Source: a marine bacterium B5-7 (GTDB taxonomy: Bacteria > Pseudomonadota > Gammaproteobacteria > Arenicellales > CAJQKF01). Taken from it: DNA of 64,000 nucleotides. Location: NCBI GenBank assembly GCA_021604525.1, contig BQJD01000003.1, positions 12,242-76,241 on the forward strand. The letters run 5' to 3'. The stretch's first letter is position 1. Each line of letters starts with the position of its first letter. The notes under the pieces were generated by a model that saw only the letters and a program-made list of their open reading frames with translations, was not told the DNA's origin and ran no database searches. Positions 39,837 through 48,938 of this stretch are shown in pieces. The translations under genes were made by a program, and so were the position numbers.

Positions 39837-42800
39837 ATGAGCCTTGAAACGCACCACCCGGGAGATCCAGAGGATTGTGTATCCACAACGTTGCGTGAAC
39901 AAATTCGCGCGGCATACCTACCTGATGAAGCGCAAATTGTTGCAAAGAGGGCGGTCGAGGCGGATCTTGATATAGACGCCCGTCAACGGATTTCATCACA
40001 TGCTGCGCAACTGATCGAAGCAGTACGTGAGCGTTCCGATCCTGGCCTGATGGAGGTTTTTTTAGCCGAATATGGTCTGTCAACACGCGAAGGTGTGTCA
40101 TTGATGTGCCTGGCCGAGGCTTTGCTACGTGTGCCCGATGCCGAGACCATCGATGCCCTTATCGACGACAAGATAGCCCCTTCGGATTGGGGGCAACATC
40201 TCGGCCATTCGAGTTCATCTTTGGTTAATGCATCAACCTGGGCACTGATGCTGACCGGAAAAGTGCTGTCCGACAACGACGGCAGTTTGATCGGTACATT
40301 GCGATCGGCAGTGCGGCGTCTGGGCGAGCCGGTTATTCGGACCGCTATCGGACAGGCGATGAAAGAACTGGGTCGGCAGTTTGTTCTTGGGCGATCGATC
40401 GAAGAAGCAATGGAACGCGCCAGGGGAATGGAATCACGCGACTATGTTTATTCCTACGACATGCTGGGTGAAGCGGCGCGTACCGAGGCTGACGCCCGCC
40501 GGTATCATTTATCCTATTCTGATGCTATTACCGCGCTTGCCCCTGCCTGTCGATCAAGCGATATCCAGCGGAATCCCGGGATCTCGGTAAAGCTGTCCGC
40601 ACTGCATCCACGATATGAAGAATCCCAACGCGAACGGGTTATGGAAATCCTGGTCGCCAGGACCCGCTCTCTCGCACTGATTGCGAGATCGGCCGGAATG
40701 GGCTTCAACATCGATGCCGAGGAAGCAGATCGACTCGACTTGTCCCTCGACGTCATCGAGATGGTGTTATCGGACCCGGCATTGAAGGGTTGGCATGGTT
40801 TTGGTGTGGTCGTTCAGGCCTACGGTCCGAGAGCCTCACTGGTCCTCGACTGGCTGTATGCGTTGGCCGAACGACTGGATCGACGAATCATGGTGCGTCT
40901 GGTCAAGGGAGCTTACTGGGACACGGAAATCAAGCGTGCGCAAGTACTCGGACTCGATGGCTTTCCTGTATTTACCCGAAAAGTCAGTACCGATGTTTCC
41001 TATATTGCCTGCGCGCGTAAATTGCTTTCAATGACTGATCGCATCTATCCGCAATTTGCTACGCATAATGCGCATACCATGGCGGCGGTTCTTGAGATGG
41101 CATCGGATAATGATGCGTACGAATTCCAGCGACTACACGGCATGGGGGAGGCGCTCCACGACATCGTGAAGACTTCCAACAATGCTCGCTGTCGTATTTA
41201 TGCGCCGGTGGGCGCGCATCGTGATCTGCTTGCCTATCTGGTTCGGAGATTACTCGAGAATGGCGCCAACAGTTCTTTTGTGAATCAGATAGTGGACGAA
41301 AGCGTACCGGCTGAAGAGATCGCTCGAGACCCGTTCGATGTAGCGATAAATTCAGGTGCGGCAATCGTCAATCCGTCAATTACGCATCCCTTTAACCTGT
41401 TCGGTGAGTCGCGGCGAAATTCAAAAGGTTACGACCTGACTTATCGATCTCATCTCGATCAAATCGAAATCGAACGTGAAACGTTTAATAACACCATCTG
41501 GCAGGCCGGTCCCATGATAGCCTCGTCGGTAACCGGTGATCGGCGAGTCAAGGTGGTAAACCCGGCCGATAATTCGCAAACGGTTGGTGAGGTTATCGAA
41601 ACAAGCGATGCGGATGTTGATGCGGCTCTCGATAATGCGATTGATAGCGTGGCCAGATGGAGCGGTTTGTCTGCTTGCGAGCGTGCCAACCGGCTTCGCC
41701 TGACAGCGGATTTGTTTGAGGAGAATGCCGTCGAATTGTTTGCTCTCGCCTCGCGCGAGGCTGGCAAAATTATGCTTGATTGTGTCGGTGAAGTACGTGA
41801 GGCGGTCGATTTTCTGAGATTCTATGCGAGTGAGGCTGAACGGCTCGGGGATGGTGCTACTTCAAGGGGCGTGTTTGTATGTATCTCACCATGGAATTTC
41901 CCCCTGGCAATATTCACCGGACAGGTTGCCGCCGGGTTGGCGGCGGGTAATGCAGTTATAGCCAAACCTGCCGAACAAACGCCACTGATTGCAGCTCGTG
42001 CAGTCGCATTGATGCATGAGGCAGGCGTGCCGGTCGATGTTCTCCAGTTACTTCCGGGTGATGGCGCCACGGTGGGTGCGCGCCTTGCCGGCGATGCGCG
42101 AATCCAGGGGCTTTGTTTCACAGGATCTACTGCTACGGCGCAATTGATAAATCGTTCCATGGCGGCAAAGGTAACGCCGGATGCACCGTTGATTGCAGAG
42201 ACAGGTGGTCTCAATGCAATGATCATTGATTCCACGGCGCTACCCGAACAGGCGGTTCGCGACGTCGTTGTTTCAGCCTTTCAAAGCGCTGGCCAGCGTT
42301 GCTCAGCACTTCGCGTCTTGTATGTTCAAAAGGATGTCGAAGCCCGGTTCATGGAAATGTTGTTCGGTGCCATGGATGAGTTGGTAATCGGTGACCCATG
42401 GCAACTTGCCACGGACGTTGGGCCGGTTATCGATGCCGAATCGCGCCAACGAATCAATCAGCATGTGGATTCCTATGCAGCCCGCGGACGATTGATGAAG
42501 CGGCTCGATGCACCGACTGATGGCTTGTTCGTCGGTCCGGCTGTCCTCAAGGTGGACGGCATTGCAGAACTCGAAGAGGAAATATTCGGACCGGTGCTGC
42601 ACGTGGCGAGTTTTGCCGCCGACGATATAGACAAGGTGGTGGACGACATAAATCAGAGTGGCTATGGACTGACATTCGGACTTCACACTCGCATTGACGA
42701 CCGTGTTCAACAGGTGGTGGATCGAATTAGGGTCGGCAATGTTTATGTTAATCGTAACCAGATCGGCGCTATTGTTGGCTCCCAGCCATTTGGTGGTGAG

Positions 42801-43409
42801 GGTCTTTCCGGTACCGGGCCCAAGGCAGGCGGTCCACACTACGTTGAACGTTTCATGCGCCATTTAATGCCGCAATATGAGAATGTCAGCGGCCCACCCG
42901 CACTGTTGGATGAAGTGCGGGCAGCATTGGCCACCTTTAACAATACCGATGACATCCTGGTCGAAGTCACTGATCTGCCGGGGCCTACGGGTGAATCGAA
43001 TCGTTTATCAGCCTACGGACGTGGAGTCGTTCTATGTCTTGGACCTGGCGTTGAGGTGGCGTTTACACAGGCGAATGAGGCAATGGCAGCAGGCTGCAAG
43101 GCGGTCGTGGTGGCTCCTGGTGCAAGTGACTCGGTGGATATTGCAAACGAGAGTTTGAAAGTGTGCGATGGAATTCTGGGTCCGCAGGAGGTAGCCGGTC
43201 TTGATGGTATCGATGCAGTGATTCTATGGGGGAGGGAGCAGGATATGCGCGAGATGCGAATGGCCCTGGCATCGAGAGGTGGAGCGCTTATTCCGCTGAT
43301 AGCCGAATCAGGTGTACGCTCCCGCTACTTGATCGAGCGTCACTTGTGCATCGACACCACTGCAGCCGGAGGCAATGCTTCATTGTTGGCGGTTGCCGGC
43401 GATGTTTGA
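39837..43409 (+). CDS. putA: bifunctional proline dehydrogenase / P5C dehydrogenase PutA (no N-terminal RHH)
   Basis: MCLAEALLRVPD, SYDMLGE, IDAEE, RLVKGAYWD.EIK, FATHNAHT, YLVRRLLENGAN, ISPWNFP, ETGG, SAGQRCSA, GPKAGGP. Confidence 0.97.
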   Translation: MSLETHHPGDPEDCVSTTLREQIRAAYLPDEAQIVAKRAVEADLDIDARQRISSHAAQLIEAVRERSDPGLMEVFLAEYGLSTREGVSLMCLAEALLRVPDAETIDALIDDKIAPSDWGQHLGHSSSSLVNASTWALMLTGKVLSDNDGSLIGTLRSAVRRLGEPVIRTAIGQAMKELGRQFVLGRSIEEAMERARGMESRDYVYSYDMLGEAARTEADARRYHLSYSDAITALAPACRSSDIQRNPGISVKLSALHPRYEESQRERVMEILVARTRSLALIARSAGMGFNIDAEEADRLDLSLDVIEMVLSDPALKGWHGFGVVVQAYGPRASLVLDWLYALAERLDRRIMVRLVKGAYWDTEIKRAQVLGLDGFPVFTRKVSTDVSYIACARKLLSMTDRIYPQFATHNAHTMAAVLEMASDNDAYEFQRLHGMGEALHDIVKTSNNARCRIYAPVGAHRDLLAYLVRRLLENGANSSFVNQIVDESVPAEEIARDPFDVAINSGAAIVNPSITHPFNLFGESRRNSKGYDLTYRSHLDQIEIERETFNNTIWQAGPMIASSVTGDRRVKVVNPADNSQTVGEVIETSDADVDAALDNAIDSVARWSGLSACERANRLRLTADLFEENAVELFALASREAGKIMLDCVGEVREAVDFLRFYASEAERLGDGATSRGVFVCISPWNFPLAIFTGQVAAGLAAGNAVIAKPAEQTPLIAARAVALMHEAGVPVDVLQLLPGDGATVGARLAGDARIQGLCFTGSTATAQLINRSMAAKVTPDAPLIAETGGLNAMIIDSTALPEQAVRDVVVSAFQSAGQRCSALRVLYVQKDVEARFMEMLFGAMDELVIGDPWQLATDVGPVIDAESRQRINQHVDSYAARGRLMKRLDAPTDGLFVGPAVLKVDGIAELEEEIFGPVLHVASFAADDIDKVVDDINQSGYGLTFGLHTRIDDRVQQVVDRIRVGNVYVNRNQIGAIVGSQPFGGEGLSGTGPKAGGPHYVERFMRHLMPQYENVSGPPALLDEVRAALATFNNTDDILVEVTDLPGPTGESNRLSAYGRGVVLCLGPGVEVAFTQANEAMAAGCKAVVVAPGASDSVDIANESLKVCDGILGPQEVAGLDGIDAVILWGREQDMREMRMALASRGGALIPLIAESGVRSRYLIERHLCIDTTAAGGNASLLAVAGDV

Positions 43410-44410
43410 TTCATCGCATCACAATTTATTGCATCACGCGATAACGATTCGCCAGGCCATATCGGTGAAGTCCACGGACTGAACGAAAAACGCCGGGCGA
43501 TATTCGCGTAACCCGCATACCAGGGTCCACCAACGACATTGCGTGATACCTCAGGTTGCTTATCTGACGATGTGCCTGAGAGCTGCCAGTAGACATCGGG
43601 AATGCGATACCAGGGCAGGGATGGATACCGATGGTGAACAACATGGTAGTTGTTGTTGAGAAATAACAGGCGCATGGCAGCACATCCTTCAACTATCGCG
43701 GTACGTGCTTCCGGATTGTTGTCATAGCGGTGTTCGACAAAGGAACGAATCAACAGAAGACTGGTTGCTGGCCATACGAATGCCAGCAGGTAAATATGAA
43801 TCGGCATAACAGCAATTTTCCAAAGCCAGCCGATAACCAGCAGCACTCCGATGAGATGAAGCGCGTTTTGCGTTAGAGCGTCAATAACGGACCGCGATGA
43901 TCCTGGCGTGCCGAACACCATTTCCTTGAATGTCACGTATGCTGTCAATAGCGGCCCGATGATCATACGTCCAGCAAACGTATTGTTTATAACGGACAGC
44001 AAACGATTAAACGTTGACATACGTTGCCAGCGTTCAGCCGTTACGTACCATGATTCCGGATCGACATCAGGACGTGTCAGTTCATTGCGATGATGAGCGC
44101 GATGGTTTTTCTCATAGTGTGATATCGGCAACCACAATAAGAGTGGCAATCCCACCAGGACGAGATTGAATCGACGGTTACAGGTTGGATGACCATGAAT
44201 CGCTTCATGTTGTAGTGAGCTGTAAAAGGCGAGGCATAGTCCACCTGCAATTGGCAGCAGATAGATCGGTATCGATTGCCACACAAGGGTTAGCGAAATC
44301 CAGCTAGCGAGGGTCGCGGCTATCATCAGACCGGTTAACCATTCGCCGGCAAATTGCCACGAATTGCTCTTGAGATTCGATAATGTCGGTGGTCGATAAG
44401 TTCGTTGCAT
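43340..44410 (-). CDS. fatty acid desaturase-like membrane di-iron enzyme (start uncertain 44410-44458)
   Basis: His boxes HEAIHGH, HRAHH, EH, NNNYHVVHH; several TM segments. Confidence 0.87.
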   Translation of the reverse strand: MQRTYRPPTLSNLKSNSWQFAGEWLTGLMIAATLASWISLTLVWQSIPIYLLPIAGGLCLAFYSSLQHEAIHGHPTCNRRFNLVLVGLPLLLWLPISHYEKNHRAHHRNELTRPDVDPESWYVTAERWQRMSTFNRLLSVINNTFAGRMIIGPLLTAYVTFKEMVFGTPGSSRSVIDALTQNALHLIGVLLVIGWLWKIAVMPIHIYLLAFVWPATSLLLIRSFVEHRYDNNPEARTAIVEGCAAMRLLFLNNNYHVVHHRYPSLPWYRIPDVYWQLSGTSSDKQPEVSRNVVGGPWYAGYANIARRFSFSPWTSPIWPGESLSRDAINCDAMNQTSPATANNEALPPAAVVSMHK

Positions 44411-44490
44411 ACAGTACATGTCCAAAATATTGAACGGACTATACGAACCGTTTTTCATGCTGGCGACGTTTTTTCCGTAAGCACAAACGC

Positions 44491-44520
44491 ACAATTGTTT
44501 ACTATAATCAACAATTGTTG
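44491..44520. promoter_or_regulatory. tandem palindromic operator flanking a -10 box in the desaturase/XRE spacer
   Basis: ACAATTGT at 44491-44498 and CAACAATTGTTG at 44509-44520 (20-bp period); TATAAT at 44503-44508. Confidence 0.55.
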
Positions 44521-44552
44521 TATAAATGAACAACTAGCGTTTAAATGAAACC

Positions 44553-45395
44553 ATGAACAAGAAATATCTGGTGACGGTATTCAGGCAACGTTTGCATGAA
44601 TCCATGACAATGCGTGAGATGAGTCAGTCGGCACTTGCCCGCCAGGCAGGTATCGATCGCTCGACCCTGTCGCAACTCCTTGCAGAAGATGAAGTCAGAA
44701 TGCCGCGGGCTGACACCGTGGCAGGAATCGCCAGCGTATTACAGGTATCCAGTGACTGGTTACTCGGCTTGACTGCGGATCGACGCTTCGGTGCTGAAAT
44801 TCTCAAACAATCGCTTGAAGTTGCGCCTCATGAGGCGAGTCCAGCGGATGCCAACCTGGCCCGTTGGTATGCCGAAGCAGCCGGGCTGAAAGTGCGTTAC
44901 GTGCCGACGAATATTCCAGACATATTCAAAACCGAAGAATTAATCGAGTACGAATATGGCAGCATAACTGAACGGCCCGTGGACCGGGCCATCGAGGAAT
45001 CACGGCAGCAATTGCGTTTTGGGCGGATGGTCGATAACGACATGGAAATCTGTATGTCGGTGCACGCTATAAACGATCTGTGTGCCGGACATTCTCTATG
45101 GAGTAACTTACCTGCACCTATCCGTCGTCGTCAGGTACAGCAGATAGTTAATATTGTCGAAGAATTGTATCCGCGTGTTCGTATTTACTTGTTCGATGGC
45201 CTCAAGCGTTATGCTGCGCCGTACACAATATTCGGCAACAAGCGGGCGGTGTTGTATCTCGGGCAGATGTTTTTTGCTTTCAACACCAGCGAATATGTCA
45301 GCATCCTGATCCGTCATTTCGATGATCTCATACGCAACACGGTGATCAATGCGCATGAGGCTGCTGATTATCTGCGTCAACTCGATGTTAAATGA
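44553..45395 (+). CDS. XRE-family HTH regulator with an uncharacterised C-terminal domain
   Basis: MSQSALARQAGIDRSTLSQLL ... SSDWLLGL. Confidence 0.85.
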   Translation: MNKKYLVTVFRQRLHESMTMREMSQSALARQAGIDRSTLSQLLAEDEVRMPRADTVAGIASVLQVSSDWLLGLTADRRFGAEILKQSLEVAPHEASPADANLARWYAEAAGLKVRYVPTNIPDIFKTEELIEYEYGSITERPVDRAIEESRQQLRFGRMVDNDMEICMSVHAINDLCAGHSLWSNLPAPIRRRQVQQIVNIVEELYPRVRIYLFDGLKRYAAPYTIFGNKRAVLYLGQMFFAFNTSEYVSILIRHFDDLIRNTVINAHEAADYLRQLDVK

Positions 45396-45546
45396 GATAA
45401 CGGTTGCCGGTAGTGATTAGATGAAATCAATATTTAAACGATTGAACAGTTATAATCAGCCGCGCCGATAAGTGGTCGTGACGCGCCCAAGTGCGCCGTG
45501 GCTTCGGCAAGTCGGCCGATTATTATCCCTGAAGTGGAGGTACTGA

Positions 45547-45885
<339 letters not shown>

Positions 45886-46059
45886 CCTGAATACGATCTG
45901 TTCATCTGTATTCCCGTTGGTCATTGAAATAAACCGTGTCGCGTTCTGCTCAATAGAGAATTAACTTCAAGCAAGACCGATTAATTTGTGAGTTCGTCGG
46001 TACAAGTAAGCTCCTTTACACAAAATAGGCCTCCACCAACACATCTATCTCGACAACTT

Positions 46060-46998
46060 ATGCTAGCCAGACGAATAACATCTATCGCGGGCGGGTTACT
46101 GGCTTTGTTTGCCAGTAATGTTTTCGCTGCCGCTTCCGATGCAGTCGATTTCTACCTCGCGGGTGATTATGACAGGGCGCGTAAGGAATGGTCTGAATTG
46201 GCTAATGGTGGCGATGTCCACGCCCGCTACAACCTGGGTATGTTGTATCTGGATGGGTTGGGCGTGCCTCGTCAGCCGACCCGGGCGATGGAGTTGATAA
46301 GTGAAGCCGCTGTTGCCGGTTATGCCCCTGCACAATACCGCTTTGCCATGATTAAACTGGACATGGATGCCGTTGCGGCGCTGGAAATGGCACGTTTCTG
46401 GCTCACCAATGCAGCGCGACAAGGCTATCCGCGAGCGGCATTGGAGCTGGGCAGAATTTATTTGGGCGTCTATGGTGGCGAGCAAGATCAAGTTCGTGCA
46501 TTGACATCATTAGACCAGGCAGCGTCGGCCGGTATTATCGATGCACAAGAGATGGTGGATTCCGTCAATGCCAGTTTGCCAGGCGGTCAGGATGACGATG
46601 AATTGGCTGTCGCGATAATAAAGGAAGGACGTGGCACTCTCGAACAACGTAAAGCGGTGTACGAGGGGCAAAAGGCATTCATCAAACAGGATTATGCGCG
46701 TGCCGTCGAGATCTGGGCGCCATTGGCAGAAGCCGGTGTTGCCCGTGCACAATACGGTATCGCATTCATGCTGGAATCAGGTTGGGGAGTAGTCCAGGAC
46801 TATCGCGAGGCAGCGTACTGGTACGCACGCGCAGCACAACAGGGTCATCGCAAAGCGCAGTTCAATCTTGGCATCATGTATCTTGAAGGCCGTGGCCTTG
46901 AGGCGAATCGAGGCATTGGACTTTACTGGGTGCAAACCGCTTCTGACCTTGGCGAACCACGGGCACTTGAATACATGACCGCGTTAAAAGATCACTAG
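46060..46998 (+). CDS. exported Sel1-repeat protein
   Basis: signal peptide MLARRITSIAGGLLALFASNVFA; repeats ARYNLGMLYLDGLGV, AQYGIAFMLESGWGV, AQFNLGIMYLEGRGL. Confidence 0.88.
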   Translation: MLARRITSIAGGLLALFASNVFAAASDAVDFYLAGDYDRARKEWSELANGGDVHARYNLGMLYLDGLGVPRQPTRAMELISEAAVAGYAPAQYRFAMIKLDMDAVAALEMARFWLTNAARQGYPRAALELGRIYLGVYGGEQDQVRALTSLDQAASAGIIDAQEMVDSVNASLPGGQDDDELAVAIIKEGRGTLEQRKAVYEGQKAFIKQDYARAVEIWAPLAEAGVARAQYGIAFMLESGWGVVQDYREAAYWYARAAQQGHRKAQFNLGIMYLEGRGLEANRGIGLYWVQTASDLGEPRALEYMTALKDH

Positions 46999-47044
46999 AA
47001 CCTGTCGGAAAACGGCTGCAACCTGCCAAGTTTGAGACAGGTTC
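46998..47044. repeat. REP-like palindromic element, copy 2
   Basis: GAACCTGTC ... GACAGGTTC terminal inverted arms around GGCTGCAACCTGCC; lies between convergent genes. Confidence 0.6.
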
Positions 47045-47132
47045 CAACCTACCCGAATATTTTATGGATGGACAATCGGCGGGCAGCGATAGTGTTTACC
47101 CGGCGCTACCTTGCATCAACTGCAGTTTGGCT

Positions 47133-48674
47133 TCAGTTGTTTGAATCCGGCAGCGATGCCTTGCGCTGTTCGATAAATGCCAGCAACGCCTCATCGATAC
47201 CCGGATCAATTGGCGGTGCCTGGTACTCGCGCAACATCTTTTTGTAGACCGCATTGGCGCGCGCGCTGGTGTCGAGACTGCCCTCGCTGCTCCACTGCTC
47301 GAAGCTGTTATTGTCGGTGACATTCGACCTGTAAAAAGCCTGTTCGAAGTTTGCCAGGGTATGGGCACATCCAAGAAAATGCTTACCCGGTCCCACTTCT
47401 CGCAACGCATCCATTGCCTGGCCGTTTTCCGATGTATCGATGCCACCAAGGAATACGCCAACCATCGCAGCCTGGTCGGCGTCCATGATGAATTTTTCAT
47501 AGCCCATAACCAGACCACCTTCCAGCCAGCCGGCGGTATGCAGCATGAAATTGACGCCTGCCATTGCCGCTGCCTGCATGGTATTCGCGGATTCGTAAGC
47601 GGCTTGGGCATCCGCAATTTTCGATCCGCACAGTCCGCCGCCGGAACGAAATGGGACACCTAGTCGTCGCGAAAGCGCGGCGCAGATATTCAGCACTAAT
47701 GACGGTTCCGGCGTGCCGAATGTCGGTGCGCCGGACTGCATGGAAATGGAGCTTGAGAATGTGCCGAAAACCACTGGTGCGCCGGGCTTGACCAATTGCA
47801 CGAAGCATATCCCCGCCAGCGCCTCGGCGAGTATCTGGGCACAGGTGCCAAGGGTGGTCACCGGTGACATGGCACCGGATAAGATAAACGGCGAAATCAC
47901 GGTTGCCTGATTATGTTTGGCGTAGACCCGTGCCGCACCGAGCATGGTGCTGTCAAATGTCATTGGTGAATTGGCGTTGATGAGATTAATCAATACGCAG
48001 TGCTGTTCGACGAATTCATCGCCAAAGACAAGCTTCGCCATCTGTACCGAATCCTCGGCTCTCTCCGGCGCTGTGACCGAACCCATGAAGGCCTTGTCGC
48101 TATAGCGGATATGGCTATAGACCATCTCAAGGTGACGCTTGGTCACCGGCAGGTCCACCGGCTCGCATAAGGTACCGCCATTGTGATGCAGACCAGGTGA
48201 CATGTAGGCGAGCTTGGCGAAGTTGCGAAAATCCTCGATATTTGCATAACGTCGGCCTTCGTCCTGATTGCGAATGAAGGGCGGTCCGTACGCCGGTACG
48301 AGTACCGTATTGTTGCCGCCTATTACAACATTTCTCTCAGGATTACGGGCGTACTGGATGAATTCGGCAGGCGCGCTGCGGGTAATGATTTCACGACACA
48401 TGCCCTTGGGGAACCGCACCCGGTCGCCGTCGATGTCACAGCCTTCGCGACGAAATAATTCAAGGGAATCAGGGTCGTCATGAAAATCGATCCCGATTTC
48501 GGCGAGAATAATCTCGGCGTTATGCTCGACAAGTTCGAGAACCTCCTCCGAGGCAATTTCATAAGTCGGCACCTGGCGCTTGATGTAGGGCGGGCTTACC
48601 GGTTTGGTTTGTTCCCGGGTGATACGCCTTGCATCGCGTCCGCCACCGCGGCGCCGTCCTGTATTCTCAGCCAT
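47133..48674 (-). CDS. MttB-family (non-pyrrolysine) methyltransferase, paralog 2
   Basis: RRRGGGRDARR N-terminus, VPAYGPPF, CEPVDLP, FMGSVT, INANSP, GAMSPVT, GAPTFGTPE, HTAGWLEGGL, YEKFIMD; no in-frame TAG. Confidence 0.92.
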   Translation of the reverse strand: MAENTGRRRGGGRDARRITREQTKPVSPPYIKRQVPTYEIASEEVLELVEHNAEIILAEIGIDFHDDPDSLELFRREGCDIDGDRVRFPKGMCREIITRSAPAEFIQYARNPERNVVIGGNNTVLVPAYGPPFIRNQDEGRRYANIEDFRNFAKLAYMSPGLHHNGGTLCEPVDLPVTKRHLEMVYSHIRYSDKAFMGSVTAPERAEDSVQMAKLVFGDEFVEQHCVLINLINANSPMTFDSTMLGAARVYAKHNQATVISPFILSGAMSPVTTLGTCAQILAEALAGICFVQLVKPGAPVVFGTFSSSISMQSGAPTFGTPEPSLVLNICAALSRRLGVPFRSGGGLCGSKIADAQAAYESANTMQAAAMAGVNFMLHTAGWLEGGLVMGYEKFIMDADQAAMVGVFLGGIDTSENGQAMDALREVGPGKHFLGCAHTLANFEQAFYRSNVTDNNSFEQWSSEGSLDTSARANAVYKKMLREYQAPPIDPGIDEALLAFIEQRKASLPDSNN

Positions 48675-48743
48675 TGTCGAAACCTCATTGTCGATTAATG
48701 CAGCGAATGATTCAGTATCAACCGGTTTGGTGCTGACTGTGCT

Positions 48744-48770
48744 GCGACACCGATAGTGTTGCCCGCGCCA
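48744..48770 (-). promoter_or_regulatory. candidate GlxA-family regulator box C (faces mttB2)
   Basis: minus strand TGGCGC-N15-TGTCGC, 21-bp period, ~70 bp upstream of the mttB2 start. Confidence 0.45.
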
Positions 48771-48788
48771 ACGGATGATATAAACCCT

Positions 48789-48815
48789 CGACGCAATTCA
48801 GATAATCCGAGTCGC
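48789..48815 (+). promoter_or_regulatory. candidate GlxA-family regulator box B (faces the GcvT-family gene)
   Basis: CGACGC-AATTCA-GATAATCCG-AGTCGC; 18/27 identical to box A. Confidence 0.5.
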
Positions 48816-48938
48816 GCCAGATTGCGGCGCCGATCTTTCTGACGAATACACTTCACGGTTGGGGTGCGAGGCGTTAAAGTCGCGTCTCCCGATTGAGAAA
48901 AACGTACCCATAATTGCATAAAGACTTCGAGGATCAGC

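Noticed and set aside
48672-48694. CATTGTCGA direct repeat at the mttB2 start
   Set aside because: Only 9 bp, overlapping the start codon and SD; not informative
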